From positions 11,107 through 75,106 of IMG/VR virus record IMGVR_UViG_3300010356_000549: a stretch of 64,000 nt of DNA, one strand, 5' to 3'. The notes beneath the pieces are model-generated. The model had not been told where the DNA came from. It searched no databases and worked only from the letters and a program-made list of their open reading frames with translations. The stretch is from a virus (Duplodnaviria > Caudoviricetes). This document shows, one piece after another, positions 7,767-17,173 of this stretch (position 1 is the stretch's first letter; the number at the start of each line of letters is the position of its first letter). Position numbers and translations under genes: made by a program.

Positions 7767-9265
7767 ACACGCTGTCGGAACAGGAGTACCAGAAGGCAAT
7801 CGAAGTGCTCATAGCTAAGGCCAGAACCGACTTCCTGACTTACTTTCACCTGTTTAATCCACAGGGAGCCGGGGCCATTATTTTGGGTGACCTTCACCGC
7901 TACCTGATTGAGCTTACCCAACAAGTGTACGAGGGAGGACCGGAGCGGGCGAATAATGCTGTGTCCGTTCCTCCGCAACACGGCAAGAGCACGATTCTAT
8001 CCGTGGAGGCACCGAGCTGGCTGCTGGGAGTTTCCCCCAACATATCCATCGCCATCACGGGTTTCTCCTACAGCCTTGTGACCAAGTTTTCAAAGGCAAT
8101 CAGGAGCCGTTTGGAGCATCCACTTTATCAGATCATCTTTCCAGGGGTTTACCCCGCCAAAGGGTCAAACAAGGAGGATGAATGGGAGACAGCCGTAGGG
8201 GGCAGCGTGATTGCCAAATCTTCCGGGGCAAAGCTGACCGGGCGACGGGTCGACTGGTTGATCATGGATGACGTTCACCCCGGTCGAGCCGAAGCGGAGA
8301 GTCCATCCATGAGGCGGAAGGTCATTGAGTGGTATTTCGCGGACTGTCTTACACGCTTACACCCCAAGGCGAAGACGTTTCTGGTGGGCACCCGCTGGCA
8401 CCCGCACGACTTGATTGGGCACCTGACTTCTCCCGAGTATCAAGCGGAGCTGGACCAAGAGCAAAGCTCCCGGAAGTTTACCAAAGTCAATATTGCGGCG
8501 ATTGCGGAGGAAGGCGTGCCGGACCCTCTGGACAGGCAACCCGGAGAAGCCCTATTCCCTGAGGAGCGTCCTTTGAGCTACCTGAAAAGCATCAAGGCGG
8601 CCATACCCTCCTACGAGTGGGACAGCCAGTACCAAGGCAAGCCTCGCTCTGCTGCGGGCGGGCAAATCGACCTTACCAATCTCCACTACCTGACTCCCGA
8701 TAACATACCGTGGAATGACATAGACGAAATTGTCAGGGGGTGGGACTTGGCCATGAGCGAGAAACAGACTGCGGACTATACCGCAGGGGCTTTGGTGGGG
8801 ATCAACTGGGATACGCGGGCGCTGTATATCCTGCACATCTACCGGAGGAGGATGGCGTGGGCCAAGATGCGGAAGGCCATCCTGGACACTGCGGCGATTG
8901 ACCTGAGGGGGTATCCCGCAAAGAAAGACGTGACATCCAAAAAGGTGCTGCGTGTGGGGCTGGAGGGGGTGGCCGGGTTCAAAGGGGTGGTTGAGGACGT
9001 GCGGCAGGAGCTACTGGGGACCGTCAAGGTGGAGTTGCGCAACCCGCCATCTCGATCACAAGGCGGAGGCAGCAAGCTACTTCGGGCACAGCCTTGGCTG
9101 AATAAGCTGGAGAAGGGGCTTGTTTATGTGGTCCGGGGCGACTGGACTAAGGATTTCATTGATGAGCTTGACCACTTCCCTGATGGGCCTAAAGATGACC
9201 AGATTGATGCCGTATCCATTGGGAATGAGATGTTTGACAGGCGGGCGCAATTATTGATTGCCTAA
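7763..9265 (+). CDS. terL: Terminase large subunit (start revised to ATG 7763)
   Basis: Walker A PPQHGKS, Walker B LIMDD, GTRWH, nuclease domain GWDLA...DYTAG and DDQIDAVS. Confidence 0.95.
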   Translation: MNTLSEQEYQKAIEVLIAKARTDFLTYFHLFNPQGAGAIILGDLHRYLIELTQQVYEGGPERANNAVSVPPQHGKSTILSVEAPSWLLGVSPNISIAITGFSYSLVTKFSKAIRSRLEHPLYQIIFPGVYPAKGSNKEDEWETAVGGSVIAKSSGAKLTGRRVDWLIMDDVHPGRAEAESPSMRRKVIEWYFADCLTRLHPKAKTFLVGTRWHPHDLIGHLTSPEYQAELDQEQSSRKFTKVNIAAIAEEGVPDPLDRQPGEALFPEERPLSYLKSIKAAIPSYEWDSQYQGKPRSAAGGQIDLTNLHYLTPDNIPWNDIDEIVRGWDLAMSEKQTADYTAGALVGINWDTRALYILHIYRRRMAWAKMRKAILDTAAIDLRGYPAKKDVTSKKVLRVGLEGVAGFKGVVEDVRQELLGTVKVELRNPPSRSQGGGSKLLRAQPWLNKLEKGLVYVVRGDWTKDFIDELDHFPDGPKDDQIDAVSIGNEMFDRRAQLLIA

Positions 9266-9286
9266 GGGCTTGAGACGTTATAAGGT
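9258..9286 (+). promoter_or_regulatory. Sigma70-like promoter of the GroES gene
   Basis: TTGCCT-17-TAAGGT; ATG at 9299. Confidence 0.45.
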
Positions 9287-9298
9287 GGCGACCTACTT

Positions 9299-9859
9299 AT
9301 GGGCAAAAATTACGAAATACTACAACCACTTGGAACAGGCGTCTTAATCAAGAGAAGCAAGCCGAGAACCGTCACCGAGGGAGGCATTCATTTGCCTGAA
9401 ACGGAGGTGGAGCGGCCACCAGAAGGGCTGGTCTTGAGGACTGGGACCGGGCCCAAGAAGGCGGAGGCGGATAAATGGGGCGGCTTTACGGTGGAGCAGG
9501 GCGACTTTGTGCTGATAAACAGGTATGGAGCCAGGGATGTCACCGACGACCTCGCCATAGTGAAATCTGAGGACATTCTGGCGCGTATCGAGGGAGGGGA
9601 ACTGTTCCCGCTGGACACCACGTTACTGATTCGCGTCCTCCCGAGAGAGACGCAGGCGGGCTCCATCGTATTGCCCGAGTTCTCGCGCATGACTCAGGAG
9701 TTTGGTGTGGTGGTCGACCGGGGCGATAGGTGTAAAATCATCCATGAGGGCGATTATGTTTTCGTGGCATCGACTCAGGGGATGCACTACCGGGCGCATG
9801 GACAGGATTACATCCTGCTTCGGGAGGAGGCTGTCAAGGCATACGCTGACAACCAGTGA
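9299..9859 (+). CDS. groES: Tandem two-domain GroES/Cpn10 co-chaperonin (Cpn20-like)
   Basis: Domain 1: LQPLGTGVLIK...TEGGIHLP...GTG...VEQGDFVL..RYG...EDILA. Domain 2: LFPLDTTLLIR...GSIVLP...G.VVDRG...EGDYV...YILLREEAV. Confidence 0.85.
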   Translation: MGKNYEILQPLGTGVLIKRSKPRTVTEGGIHLPETEVERPPEGLVLRTGTGPKKAEADKWGGFTVEQGDFVLINRYGARDVTDDLAIVKSEDILARIEGGELFPLDTTLLIRVLPRETQAGSIVLPEFSRMTQEFGVVVDRGDRCKIIHEGDYVFVASTQGMHYRAHGQDYILLREEAVKAYADNQ

Positions 9860-9867
9860 AGTGCTGC

Positions 9868-9896
9868 TTGCGTAGGGGCGTGGGTTAGCTTAAGAT
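9868..9896 (+). promoter_or_regulatory. Sigma70-like promoter of the sulfotransferase-like gene
   Basis: TTGCGT-17-TAAGAT; ATG 9905 is 8 nt after the -10. Confidence 0.6.
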
Positions 9897-9904
9897 TCAT
9901 CCCA

Positions 9905-10600
9905 ATGAAGCAGGACTCTAAAAATATCTTAATTGAAAACCCACACACCGGGAATGCGTCTTTTGGTGATGCTCTCAAGCTCCTAAACGTGGAAGCGTTG
10001 CCTAAGTATGCTACTCCAGATGAGGCGCGTAAACACTTCCCCGATTGGGAGAAGCTGAGGAAAGTGGTCTTAATCCGCGACCCTCTGGAGCGGTTCGAGA
10101 GTGCGGCGACGGCCTATCTCCTAGGCCGGGATTCCCAGGGGGATCAAGTGGAGGATGAGGAACTGAGCAAGGCACTCACCCCTGAGAAGCGGGGGGAAGT
10201 GATCCTGCGTCGACTCTTAGCCGGGAAGGGGGAGACGCCTGTGGGCCTGCTACCCCAAAGCAACTGGCTAACCTGTAAGATGGACTTGATCCTCGCCACC
10301 CATGACATAGCCAGTTTTTTCAACGTTGTTGACGACCTTTCCCAAGCAACACGCAGCAATACCTTTGCTCACAATCCCGAGGTGCGGGACTTTTGGGTGA
10401 GGGCACGCAGCGACGATAACCGGGCGCTCGTTCGCGAGGTATATGCGAAGGATTACCAGACTTTCTCCACACTCCCGGTGTGGTCCCCGGACCCAAGCAA
10501 GGTCCGTTTCCTGACCGGGTATTGCCCGGACTGCCCCCTTCAGGATGGAAATTTGCAAGATCGTGCAAAATTGGAGCCAGTCAGGAAGCGTAAAAATTAA
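9905..10600 (+). CDS. Sulfotransferase family (Sulfotransfer_2-like) protein with a degenerate 5'-PSB loop
   Basis: ENPHTGNAS (canonical form has P-K-T-G/A), LIRDPLERFES (3'-PB motif), LLPQSNWL, VREVYAKDY..F. Confidence 0.65.
   Translation: MKQDSKNILIENPHTGNASFGDALKLLNVEALPKYATPDEARKHFPDWEKLRKVVLIRDPLERFESAATAYLLGRDSQGDQVEDEELSKALTPEKRGEVILRRLLAGKGETPVGLLPQSNWLTCKMDLILATHDIASFFNVVDDLSQATRSNTFAHNPEVRDFWVRARSDDNRALVREVYAKDYQTFSTLPVWSPDPSKVRFLTGYCPDCPLQDGNLQDRAKLEPVRKRKN
10552..10569 (-). repeat. 18-bp dispersed motif, copy 1 (TTTGCACGATCTTGCAAA, reverse orientation)
   Basis: + strand TTTGCAAGATCGTGCAAA, inside the 3' end of the sulfotransferase ORF, 36 nt before the portal ATG. Confidence 0.95.
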
Positions 10601-10605
10601 GTATC

Positions 10606-12012
10606 ATGTTTGAACAGTTAAAATCAGCCTTTTTGCGTCGCAGAGGTGAGCCTGACTTGAGCCGGGCGACTCCATCAGAGCTTGCCATGTTGTCCCGCAT
10701 AGGTAACCGAAAAGAGCGGGAGTTCATTGAGTCTAAGCTGGGCATCCCGCTTCACAAATTCAGTGACTTTTCCTCCTACCTATCCACTGGACATAAGCTG
10801 GTTTGGGCATCTTATCGTTCATGCAAGCTAATTGCGGCGGCCATGCTATCGGCTGATTTTAAGATCATATCAGTAGGGGGTCAGAGCCAATACACGCTGG
10901 TTCAGCTTCCCCCGCCACCTGTAAAGGGGGAGACTGACCCCATCTACTTCTCATCGGGCGGCTTTATCAAAAACCCCAACCCTTATGACTCATGGGAGGA
11001 GTTCGTGGAGATGACTGTTTTCCACCTGGAGTTGACAGGTAATGCCTATTGGCTCAAGGATGAGATTGACCTAAGTGGGCGGCCTTCTGCCTTGTACCCT
11101 TTGTTACCCCACAACATGGGGCCAGTGCCGGGCAAGAAAGAAAAGGTGGCCAGCTATGAATACAAGGTCAACGGCATTATCAAATCGTTCAAGCCTGAGG
11201 AGATCATCCACCTGAAAACCACAAACCCGGTCAACCTAATGCTGGGCATGGGGTCAATTGAGCCGTCCCAGCCGCTGTACAACCAGTTCATCAACAAGAA
11301 CAATCTGGATGAGAAGTTTGTGGAGAACGGTGCCCAAATATCCGGGGTACTGTCCCGCGAGGATGCCGAAGGGCTGGACTCGGAGGACTGGGACCGCTTC
11401 AAGAAAAAATTCAACTTGGATTATGCGGGCAAGGCCAACGCCGGGAAGACGGCTTTCCTTAACGGGAAGTGGTCATATCACCGCCTTGGTATGAACATGG
11501 CCGAGATGCAGGCGTTGGAACGGGAGAAGTGGACGGTTGAGCAAATCTTCATGAACCATGGTGTGCCCCTTTCGGTGGCCGGGATTCAGGGGGCGGCTAA
11601 CTACGCCACCGCTTCGCAAGATGAACGAAACTTCCGCAAATACAAGGTTGTGCCTCTGCTCGACATGATCGTGGGCAAGATCAACTCAGAGGGCTTTATC
11701 CAAGCTAATGATCCCAACTACACGCTGGTGTATGAAATGTCCGGTCTCATTGACGTGGATCAGATCGTCAAGGAGATGCTACCTTTGCTCAAGGCTGGAG
11801 TCATTACTCGCAACGAGCTTAGGGAAAAGATCAATATGCCGATCATCACAGACAACCCAATGATGGACGAGTTGACGGTGGAAATGACCACAATCCCACT
11901 GGCATTGGCCGGGGTGGGTAATCCTGCTGATTCCGATCTTGCCCCCAAGGAGACGCCTAAGGCGACAAAAGGAGGAGTGAAGAAAAAACGCTATGTCAAA
12001 AACATTCGTTAG
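10606..12012 (+). CDS. Portal protein (HK97/lambda-like Phage_portal family)
   Basis: LELTGNAYWL, LYPLLPHNM, F.PEEIIHLK, GMGSIE, ENGAQISGVL, GVITRNELREK. Confidence 0.93.
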   Translation: MFEQLKSAFLRRRGEPDLSRATPSELAMLSRIGNRKEREFIESKLGIPLHKFSDFSSYLSTGHKLVWASYRSCKLIAAAMLSADFKIISVGGQSQYTLVQLPPPPVKGETDPIYFSSGGFIKNPNPYDSWEEFVEMTVFHLELTGNAYWLKDEIDLSGRPSALYPLLPHNMGPVPGKKEKVASYEYKVNGIIKSFKPEEIIHLKTTNPVNLMLGMGSIEPSQPLYNQFINKNNLDEKFVENGAQISGVLSREDAEGLDSEDWDRFKKKFNLDYAGKANAGKTAFLNGKWSYHRLGMNMAEMQALEREKWTVEQIFMNHGVPLSVAGIQGAANYATASQDERNFRKYKVVPLLDMIVGKINSEGFIQANDPNYTLVYEMSGLIDVDQIVKEMLPLLKAGVITRNELREKINMPIITDNPMMDELTVEMTTIPLALAGVGNPADSDLAPKETPKATKGGVKKKRYVKNIR

Positions 12013-15000
12013 TAGGAGCACGGCGAGCGGGCGGGCCATGGACCGTGCCCGAGAAGCTGGGCAAAACGACCTCCTATTCGCAAGGTACCGCAAGTCACCC
12101 CAACCTCCTCCAGGGGGCTGGAATGCGGGGAACGTGACCACCTCTGTTCACATCGCCATAAACAGGGACATTGTGAACATCCAAAGGATGGAAAGGGCCA
12201 GGGGCATAAAGGCACTGACTCCAATCCTGACCAAGTTTATGGTCGAGCAGGTCGAGCAGATCATTGAAGTTGCCCTTATGCGGGCGCGGGTGATGTACGG
12301 TATCCGCAAGTCTAAGTCGGCCATTATTAATGCGGATGCGCATGTGTCCTTATGGGAGGCTGCGATTATGAACGAGCTTTCCGGGACCGGGGTGCTGGTT
12401 TCCCTTACCCAGCCCGCGCTGTCGACCGTTCATCAAAACGTCTATGGGAAGATTGGGCTGGTCCTAAATGGGGAAAACAACGTAGTCAACCCGCCTAGGC
12501 TAATGGCGCGGATGGAGGCCGTGGCTACACGCATCACCGCTATCGGGGAGACTACTCGGGCGCGGGTTAAAAGGGAGGTGATTGACAGCGTGGAACGGGG
12601 CAACACGGTGTTCGAGGTGGCCGAAAGTATCCGGGCGCGTATGCCTGAGATCGTCACCAACCGGGTGCCCACCATCGTCAGGACCGAGATGGGGAGGATC
12701 AGCGACGACGCCACCAAGTTTGCCATGAAAAACTCTAAAGTGGTTAGCCACATGAGTGTAGTTGGGTGCGAGGCCGTAGAGCCAGGCATTCCCACCTATA
12801 AGGGGAGGCCGACATGTAACATCGAGAACGTTCCCATTGAAGACGAGCAACTGCTGGAGTTCCACATCAACCACACGGGCGTGATTATCGCATCCAAGTT
12901 TTTCCCAGCCCGTATTGCGGGGCAGCCCACACGGTACGTGGCCATACCTGCGGGTGTGGCTCCAATATCCCCCAACCTTATGCCGCCGGGGGTGATTCAC
13001 CCAGAGGACTTGAGTGTGGACGAACTGGCAAATACTCTCATGGGCTACGTGGAGGAGCACCCCAATAACTACCCTGCGATTGAGGCGCTGCTGGTCGACT
13101 CTTACAAGGTGCCCAAGGCGGATTTTGATGATGCCGTGAAGAGGCTCAGGAAGACGCATAGTGGGTTCAATAGCAGGATGAGTAGGATATTCCTCTGGCC
13201 TAAGGCCGACCTAAACAACGCGGAAGCGCTGGCTGCTCGAATGACCTCCTACGTGGACAAGCACAATCCAACCGCGCTGGAGATGGCCATGTCGGCAGTC
13301 GACGTGGGGGCACCTGTTAAGACCGTGGAGGAGGCGGTTGCTATCCTACAGCGTTCCGGGCGGCTAATGGACGCGGTGACTGACCCTTCTCTGGTCAAAA
13401 ACTCCCTTGAGGCTGGATATGCCATCTACATCAAAGTTGCGAATAATGAGGCTTTCACCATGTCCTTAGACGACCTGCGCAAGTGGTGGTGGAAGTCAGG
13501 AGGGACTCTGGATATAGTCGAGCAGGGATTTGACGAAACCCTAATCATCTCCCCGAACGCATACATTCGATTCAGCCTAGAGGAGTGGAAAATCCATGAA
13601 AACGAAATGGTGGGGCGTCTCCAGCGGATAGGCGTGATGGATGAGGAGGGGGGCTTGATTGACCCCTGGAAACGGACCCTGGTGAAGACACCACCATTCT
13701 CCCGAAGGATCATAACACCACCTAATGTGCCTCCGGTTGACCTCAATATGTTCCCGAGTGGTAAATCCCACCTCAGGGATTTGAACGTCACGGAGCTGGC
13801 GGATACGTTGGTTAAATATGTTGATAAGTATCCACGTTCCTATGAGCAGATGGAGAGGCTGGCGGAGGGTTACCTTGTGCCTGAATGGGCTTTCAAGGAG
13901 GCAGTCAACAGGATCAGAAAGACGCACGATGGATTTGCCCGCGACTCTGCCCGTATATTCCTATGGGAGCGGTCTTTAGGGAGTAACCCGGTGGCTCTTG
14001 CCGCACGCCTTATGGACCTTGATACCAGGCACCCCAACTCTGAGCTGGAATTGGTTATCTCCGCACTGGATAACGGCATACCCTTGCACGTCTGGAAACA
14101 AGCCGAGGCGTTGGTGCAGGATAGAGGAGGGATGCCTAATGCCGTCACGGAGCCATGGAGGGTGCGCAATTACCATCAGGCGGCCTATGCCCTAAATGAC
14201 ATGGTTTTTCACACCCCTAGGACGAGCAGTACCCTGAGTGAGCTTAAGAGGCTGTGGGTGGACCGGGGCGGTGATGGTGGCACCATATTTGAACGGGGGG
14301 CGGATCAGCTTTATCGCGTGTACCCTTCCCGATGGATTGAGAGTTCGATCGGTATGGACCCTGACGCTGGCACACCCGCCTTGGAAGCCTTCTATGCACG
14401 TCTCCAGGCTTTAGGGGTGGTGGATAAGGACAGGAACATCATAGATGTGTGGCTTCGCCCTAGGTCCGAGCCTGTGATACCTCCACAGCGGGTGCAGGCA
14501 GCCAAGCCAAAAAAACCTGTAACGTCGTCGAGGCCTCCGTCCCCCCCGCTCCCGGAGGGTAAGAAAGCAATCAGCCCTAAGCCGGGGAGGCGGAAGCTAC
14601 ACCCCAATATTGGTAAATCCGCCCAGTATAACGCAGCTCTAAAGGCCGAGGAGATTCTTAAAGAATCCCTGAATTACAAGACAAGTGCGGAGTGGTCGAA
14701 GGAGTTCATTGCTCTGGACAATGAGAAGATTACCCTACTGAACAACATACCGACCCTGAACAAGGTATATCGCAATGTTCTACAAGCCCACGAAAAGGAG
14801 CCGACCAACGCCTTCCTTAAGACCACTCTGGCCTCCACGAAAAAGGACTTAGACAAGAAAGAGGCTAGGCTAAAGGTGGTCGAGGAGGAGATGGTAAAGA
14901 TGCGCAGCGAAAAGGCACCCGCCTATGATGTAATGGTGGGCCGGGCTGAGGGCAATATCAAAAAGATAACCGTGCTGGACGAGCTGAACTCGCTCATCTC

Positions 15001-17131
15001 CGGGGTATCCCAGGACTGGATGATGTACCCGCCGAGTAAGGAGGGCTTCAAGCAAATCATGAGGGAAGCCAAGGAGGGACTCGCCTTCATCGACCACTTG
15101 GTCCCAGAAAGTAAGATGGGCGGCCTTAAGCAGATTCACCTGCGTTATGCGGACAGGGCATATGCGGAGGCAGGAGCACAGGTCAACATTTACCTCGACC
15201 CTCACACCGGGCACTTGAAAACCATGGCGCACGAGCTGGGGCACGTTTTGGAGTTCCAATCGCCGGAGGTGATGCAGAACAGCCGATTGTTTTTGTTGAA
15301 ACGGGCGAAGGACCGGGAGGCGACCATTCAAGGCTTCCCCGGAGCGCAAGCGTGGGAGCAGTTTTGGGTGGGCAAGAACGGGGAGCCTATCCTAGGCAGG
15401 CCGGGCGGTGGGTATGTTGAGAAGTACACCAAGGCATACGCGGGCCGGGTTTACAACACCCGTGCCATCAACGGAAATACTGCCGAACAGTTGGCGGCCC
15501 ATAGCGCTGACCACTACGCTTCGGAGGTGATGACTATGGGGATTGAAAACCTCCTAACCGATCATGTCCAATTCGCCAAAGACGACCCTGAATGGTTCCG
15601 CTTTGTGGTAGCAAACCTGAGGGGCGATTATGTTGACAACGATATCCTGGCAGAGGCTACCGCTGCGGCTGGACCTAAAAAACCGAAGCCAGTCAAGCCG
15701 AAGCCCGTGGTCATTAAGCCGACCAAGCCGACCAAGCCAGCTCCCCCCAAAAAGAAGGTGCCCAAAAAGAAGCCGACGCCTAAGCCGACGCCCAAACCGA
15801 AGCCGAAGCCGAAGCCTATCGTGGTCAAGCCCAAGCCTGCACCTAAAAAGAAGGTGCCCAAAAAGAAAGTGCCCAAAAAGAAACCCGTAGCGGCTCCCGA
15901 TACCCCGATACCCAAACCGTCTCGGGCACCTGAGGCACCGATGGCACCGGAGAGGGTGCTGCGAACCGAGCCTGATACTTTGCCACTCCACACCAATCAG
16001 GCAGTCTCTGAGCAGTATAACGCTGCTCTAAAGGCCGAGGAGATCCTTGCTGAGTCGAGAAGCTACTCTCAGACAAAACTGCCTGAGGTTCGGCTGAATA
16101 GGCTTTTGGCTAACCGGGCGGAGTCTGCTGAGACCCTGGTGTGGGCGCAGAAAGTCATAAACGAGCTGGAGGCGCTGGGGCCAAACGCCACACCGGAGCA
16201 GGTGGCGGAGCTGGCGGAGTTCAAGGCCATCAAGGAACGCAACTTGGGAGCATTAAAGGACTTCGACCGGGCTATCAAAAAGAACTCAAAGGCAGGGCCA
16301 CTTTTTATAGACATGGTGGCCAAGGCGGAGGGTAACTCTTTACTGGATAGCCTAAAGGTGAAGGACCAGCTTGACAAGTGGGACACCAGACCCTCCATGA
16401 TCAAGGAGGATATTGAGCCGGAGATTTTAAAGGACATGCTGGGCAAAATCAAGGGCCGGGCCATGGACGGGCTCGCCTTCTTTGCCCACATGGTCCCTGA
16501 GGAGATGATGGGCGGCCTAAAGGCGGTGAAGATAAAGCTCAAGGACCGGGGGGAATGGGACGAGAAGACCAAGACGGTTTACCTTGAGCCGGGGGGCTAC
16601 CGGACGGAGCAATTGATGGCGCATGAGATGACCCATGCTTTGGAGGACGCATCACCTGAGGTGCTGGCCAACAGTAAGAAGTTTTTGCTCAAGCGGGCTA
16701 AGGAGCGCAAGGCGGTCGTGGGCACTCACCGGGGCATGACCAAGGACGAGGAGACCCTGATTGGGGAGGATAAAAAGCCCATTTTAGGCAAGGGCCAAGA
16801 GGAGGCCGGGACCAATGCGTATGCCGGGAAGCTGTATATCACCAGATGGTTGAAGGACGGCCTGACTGCGGAGGAGTTGGAGCACCCAGCCTACTCGGAC
16901 GCCATCTACGCCACGGAGGTGATGACGATAGGCATTGAAAAGCTAATGACCGACCATGTGAAGTTTGCCAAGGAAGACCCAGAGTGGTTTCGCTTTGTGA
17001 TAGCCAACTTCCGGGGCAAATACGTGGACAACGAGACTCTGGCGGCAGCGGAGGCGGCTAAGGCTTCGGCTGCGGCAACTGCCCCCAAGCACGGGCCGAG
17101 GATGATCAAAATCAGGTGGGGTGAGGGGTAA
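11993..17131 (+). CDS. MuF (SPP1 gp7-like) head morphogenesis protein fused to two unknown repeats and two zincin metallopeptidase-like repeats
   Basis: N-terminal ITAIGETTRARV...IVRTEMGR...HINHTG (MuF); AHELGH..SEVMTMGIE and AHEMTH..TEVMTIGIE (HExxH plus distal Glu); position between portal and protease. Confidence 0.8.
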   Translation: MSKTFVSRSTASGRAMDRAREAGQNDLLFARYRKSPQPPPGGWNAGNVTTSVHIAINRDIVNIQRMERARGIKALTPILTKFMVEQVEQIIEVALMRARVMYGIRKSKSAIINADAHVSLWEAAIMNELSGTGVLVSLTQPALSTVHQNVYGKIGLVLNGENNVVNPPRLMARMEAVATRITAIGETTRARVKREVIDSVERGNTVFEVAESIRARMPEIVTNRVPTIVRTEMGRISDDATKFAMKNSKVVSHMSVVGCEAVEPGIPTYKGRPTCNIENVPIEDEQLLEFHINHTGVIIASKFFPARIAGQPTRYVAIPAGVAPISPNLMPPGVIHPEDLSVDELANTLMGYVEEHPNNYPAIEALLVDSYKVPKADFDDAVKRLRKTHSGFNSRMSRIFLWPKADLNNAEALAARMTSYVDKHNPTALEMAMSAVDVGAPVKTVEEAVAILQRSGRLMDAVTDPSLVKNSLEAGYAIYIKVANNEAFTMSLDDLRKWWWKSGGTLDIVEQGFDETLIISPNAYIRFSLEEWKIHENEMVGRLQRIGVMDEEGGLIDPWKRTLVKTPPFSRRIITPPNVPPVDLNMFPSGKSHLRDLNVTELADTLVKYVDKYPRSYEQMERLAEGYLVPEWAFKEAVNRIRKTHDGFARDSARIFLWERSLGSNPVALAARLMDLDTRHPNSELELVISALDNGIPLHVWKQAEALVQDRGGMPNAVTEPWRVRNYHQAAYALNDMVFHTPRTSSTLSELKRLWVDRGGDGGTIFERGADQLYRVYPSRWIESSIGMDPDAGTPALEAFYARLQALGVVDKDRNIIDVWLRPRSEPVIPPQRVQAAKPKKPVTSSRPPSPPLPEGKKAISPKPGRRKLHPNIGKSAQYNAALKAEEILKESLNYKTSAEWSKEFIALDNEKITLLNNIPTLNKVYRNVLQAHEKEPTNAFLKTTLASTKKDLDKKEARLKVVEEEMVKMRSEKAPAYDVMVGRAEGNIKKITVLDELNSLISGVSQDWMMYPPSKEGFKQIMREAKEGLAFIDHLVPESKMGGLKQIHLRYADRAYAEAGAQVNIYLDPHTGHLKTMAHELGHVLEFQSPEVMQNSRLFLLKRAKDREATIQGFPGAQAWEQFWVGKNGEPILGRPGGGYVEKYTKAYAGRVYNTRAINGNTAEQLAAHSADHYASEVMTMGIENLLTDHVQFAKDDPEWFRFVVANLRGDYVDNDILAEATAAAGPKKPKPVKPKPVVIKPTKPTKPAPPKKKVPKKKPTPKPTPKPKPKPKPIVVKPKPAPKKKVPKKKVPKKKPVAAPDTPIPKPSRAPEAPMAPERVLRTEPDTLPLHTNQAVSEQYNAALKAEEILAESRSYSQTKLPEVRLNRLLANRAESAETLVWAQKVINELEALGPNATPEQVAELAEFKAIKERNLGALKDFDRAIKKNSKAGPLFIDMVAKAEGNSLLDSLKVKDQLDKWDTRPSMIKEDIEPEILKDMLGKIKGRAMDGLAFFAHMVPEEMMGGLKAVKIKLKDRGEWDEKTKTVYLEPGGYRTEQLMAHEMTHALEDASPEVLANSKKFLLKRAKERKAVVGTHRGMTKDEETLIGEDKKPILGKGQEEAGTNAYAGKLYITRWLKDGLTAEELEHPAYSDAIYATEVMTIGIEKLMTDHVKFAKEDPEWFRFVIANFRGKYVDNETLAAAEAAKASAAATAPKHGPRMIKIRWGEG
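15670..15900 (+). repeat. Low-complexity Lys/Pro linker with short tandem DNA repeats
   Basis: AAAAAGAAGGTGCCCAAAAAGAA-type units and AAGCCG runs encoding KKKVPKKK / KPKPKP. Confidence 0.85.
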
Positions 17132-17138
17132 AAAGGGC

Positions 17139-17167
17139 TTTACTTTTTACTAAGTCGCCTTTAGTAT
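17139..17167 (+). promoter_or_regulatory. Sigma70-like promoter, predicted leaderless transcript
   Basis: TTTACT-17-TAGTAT; ATG 17174 is 6 nt after the -10. Confidence 0.7.
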
Positions 17168-17173
17168 TTAAGC

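Noticed and set aside
15554-15996. Minus-strand hydrophobic ORFs (GFGFG/LRLR repeats)
   Set aside because: Reverse complement of the Lys/Pro-rich MuF linker
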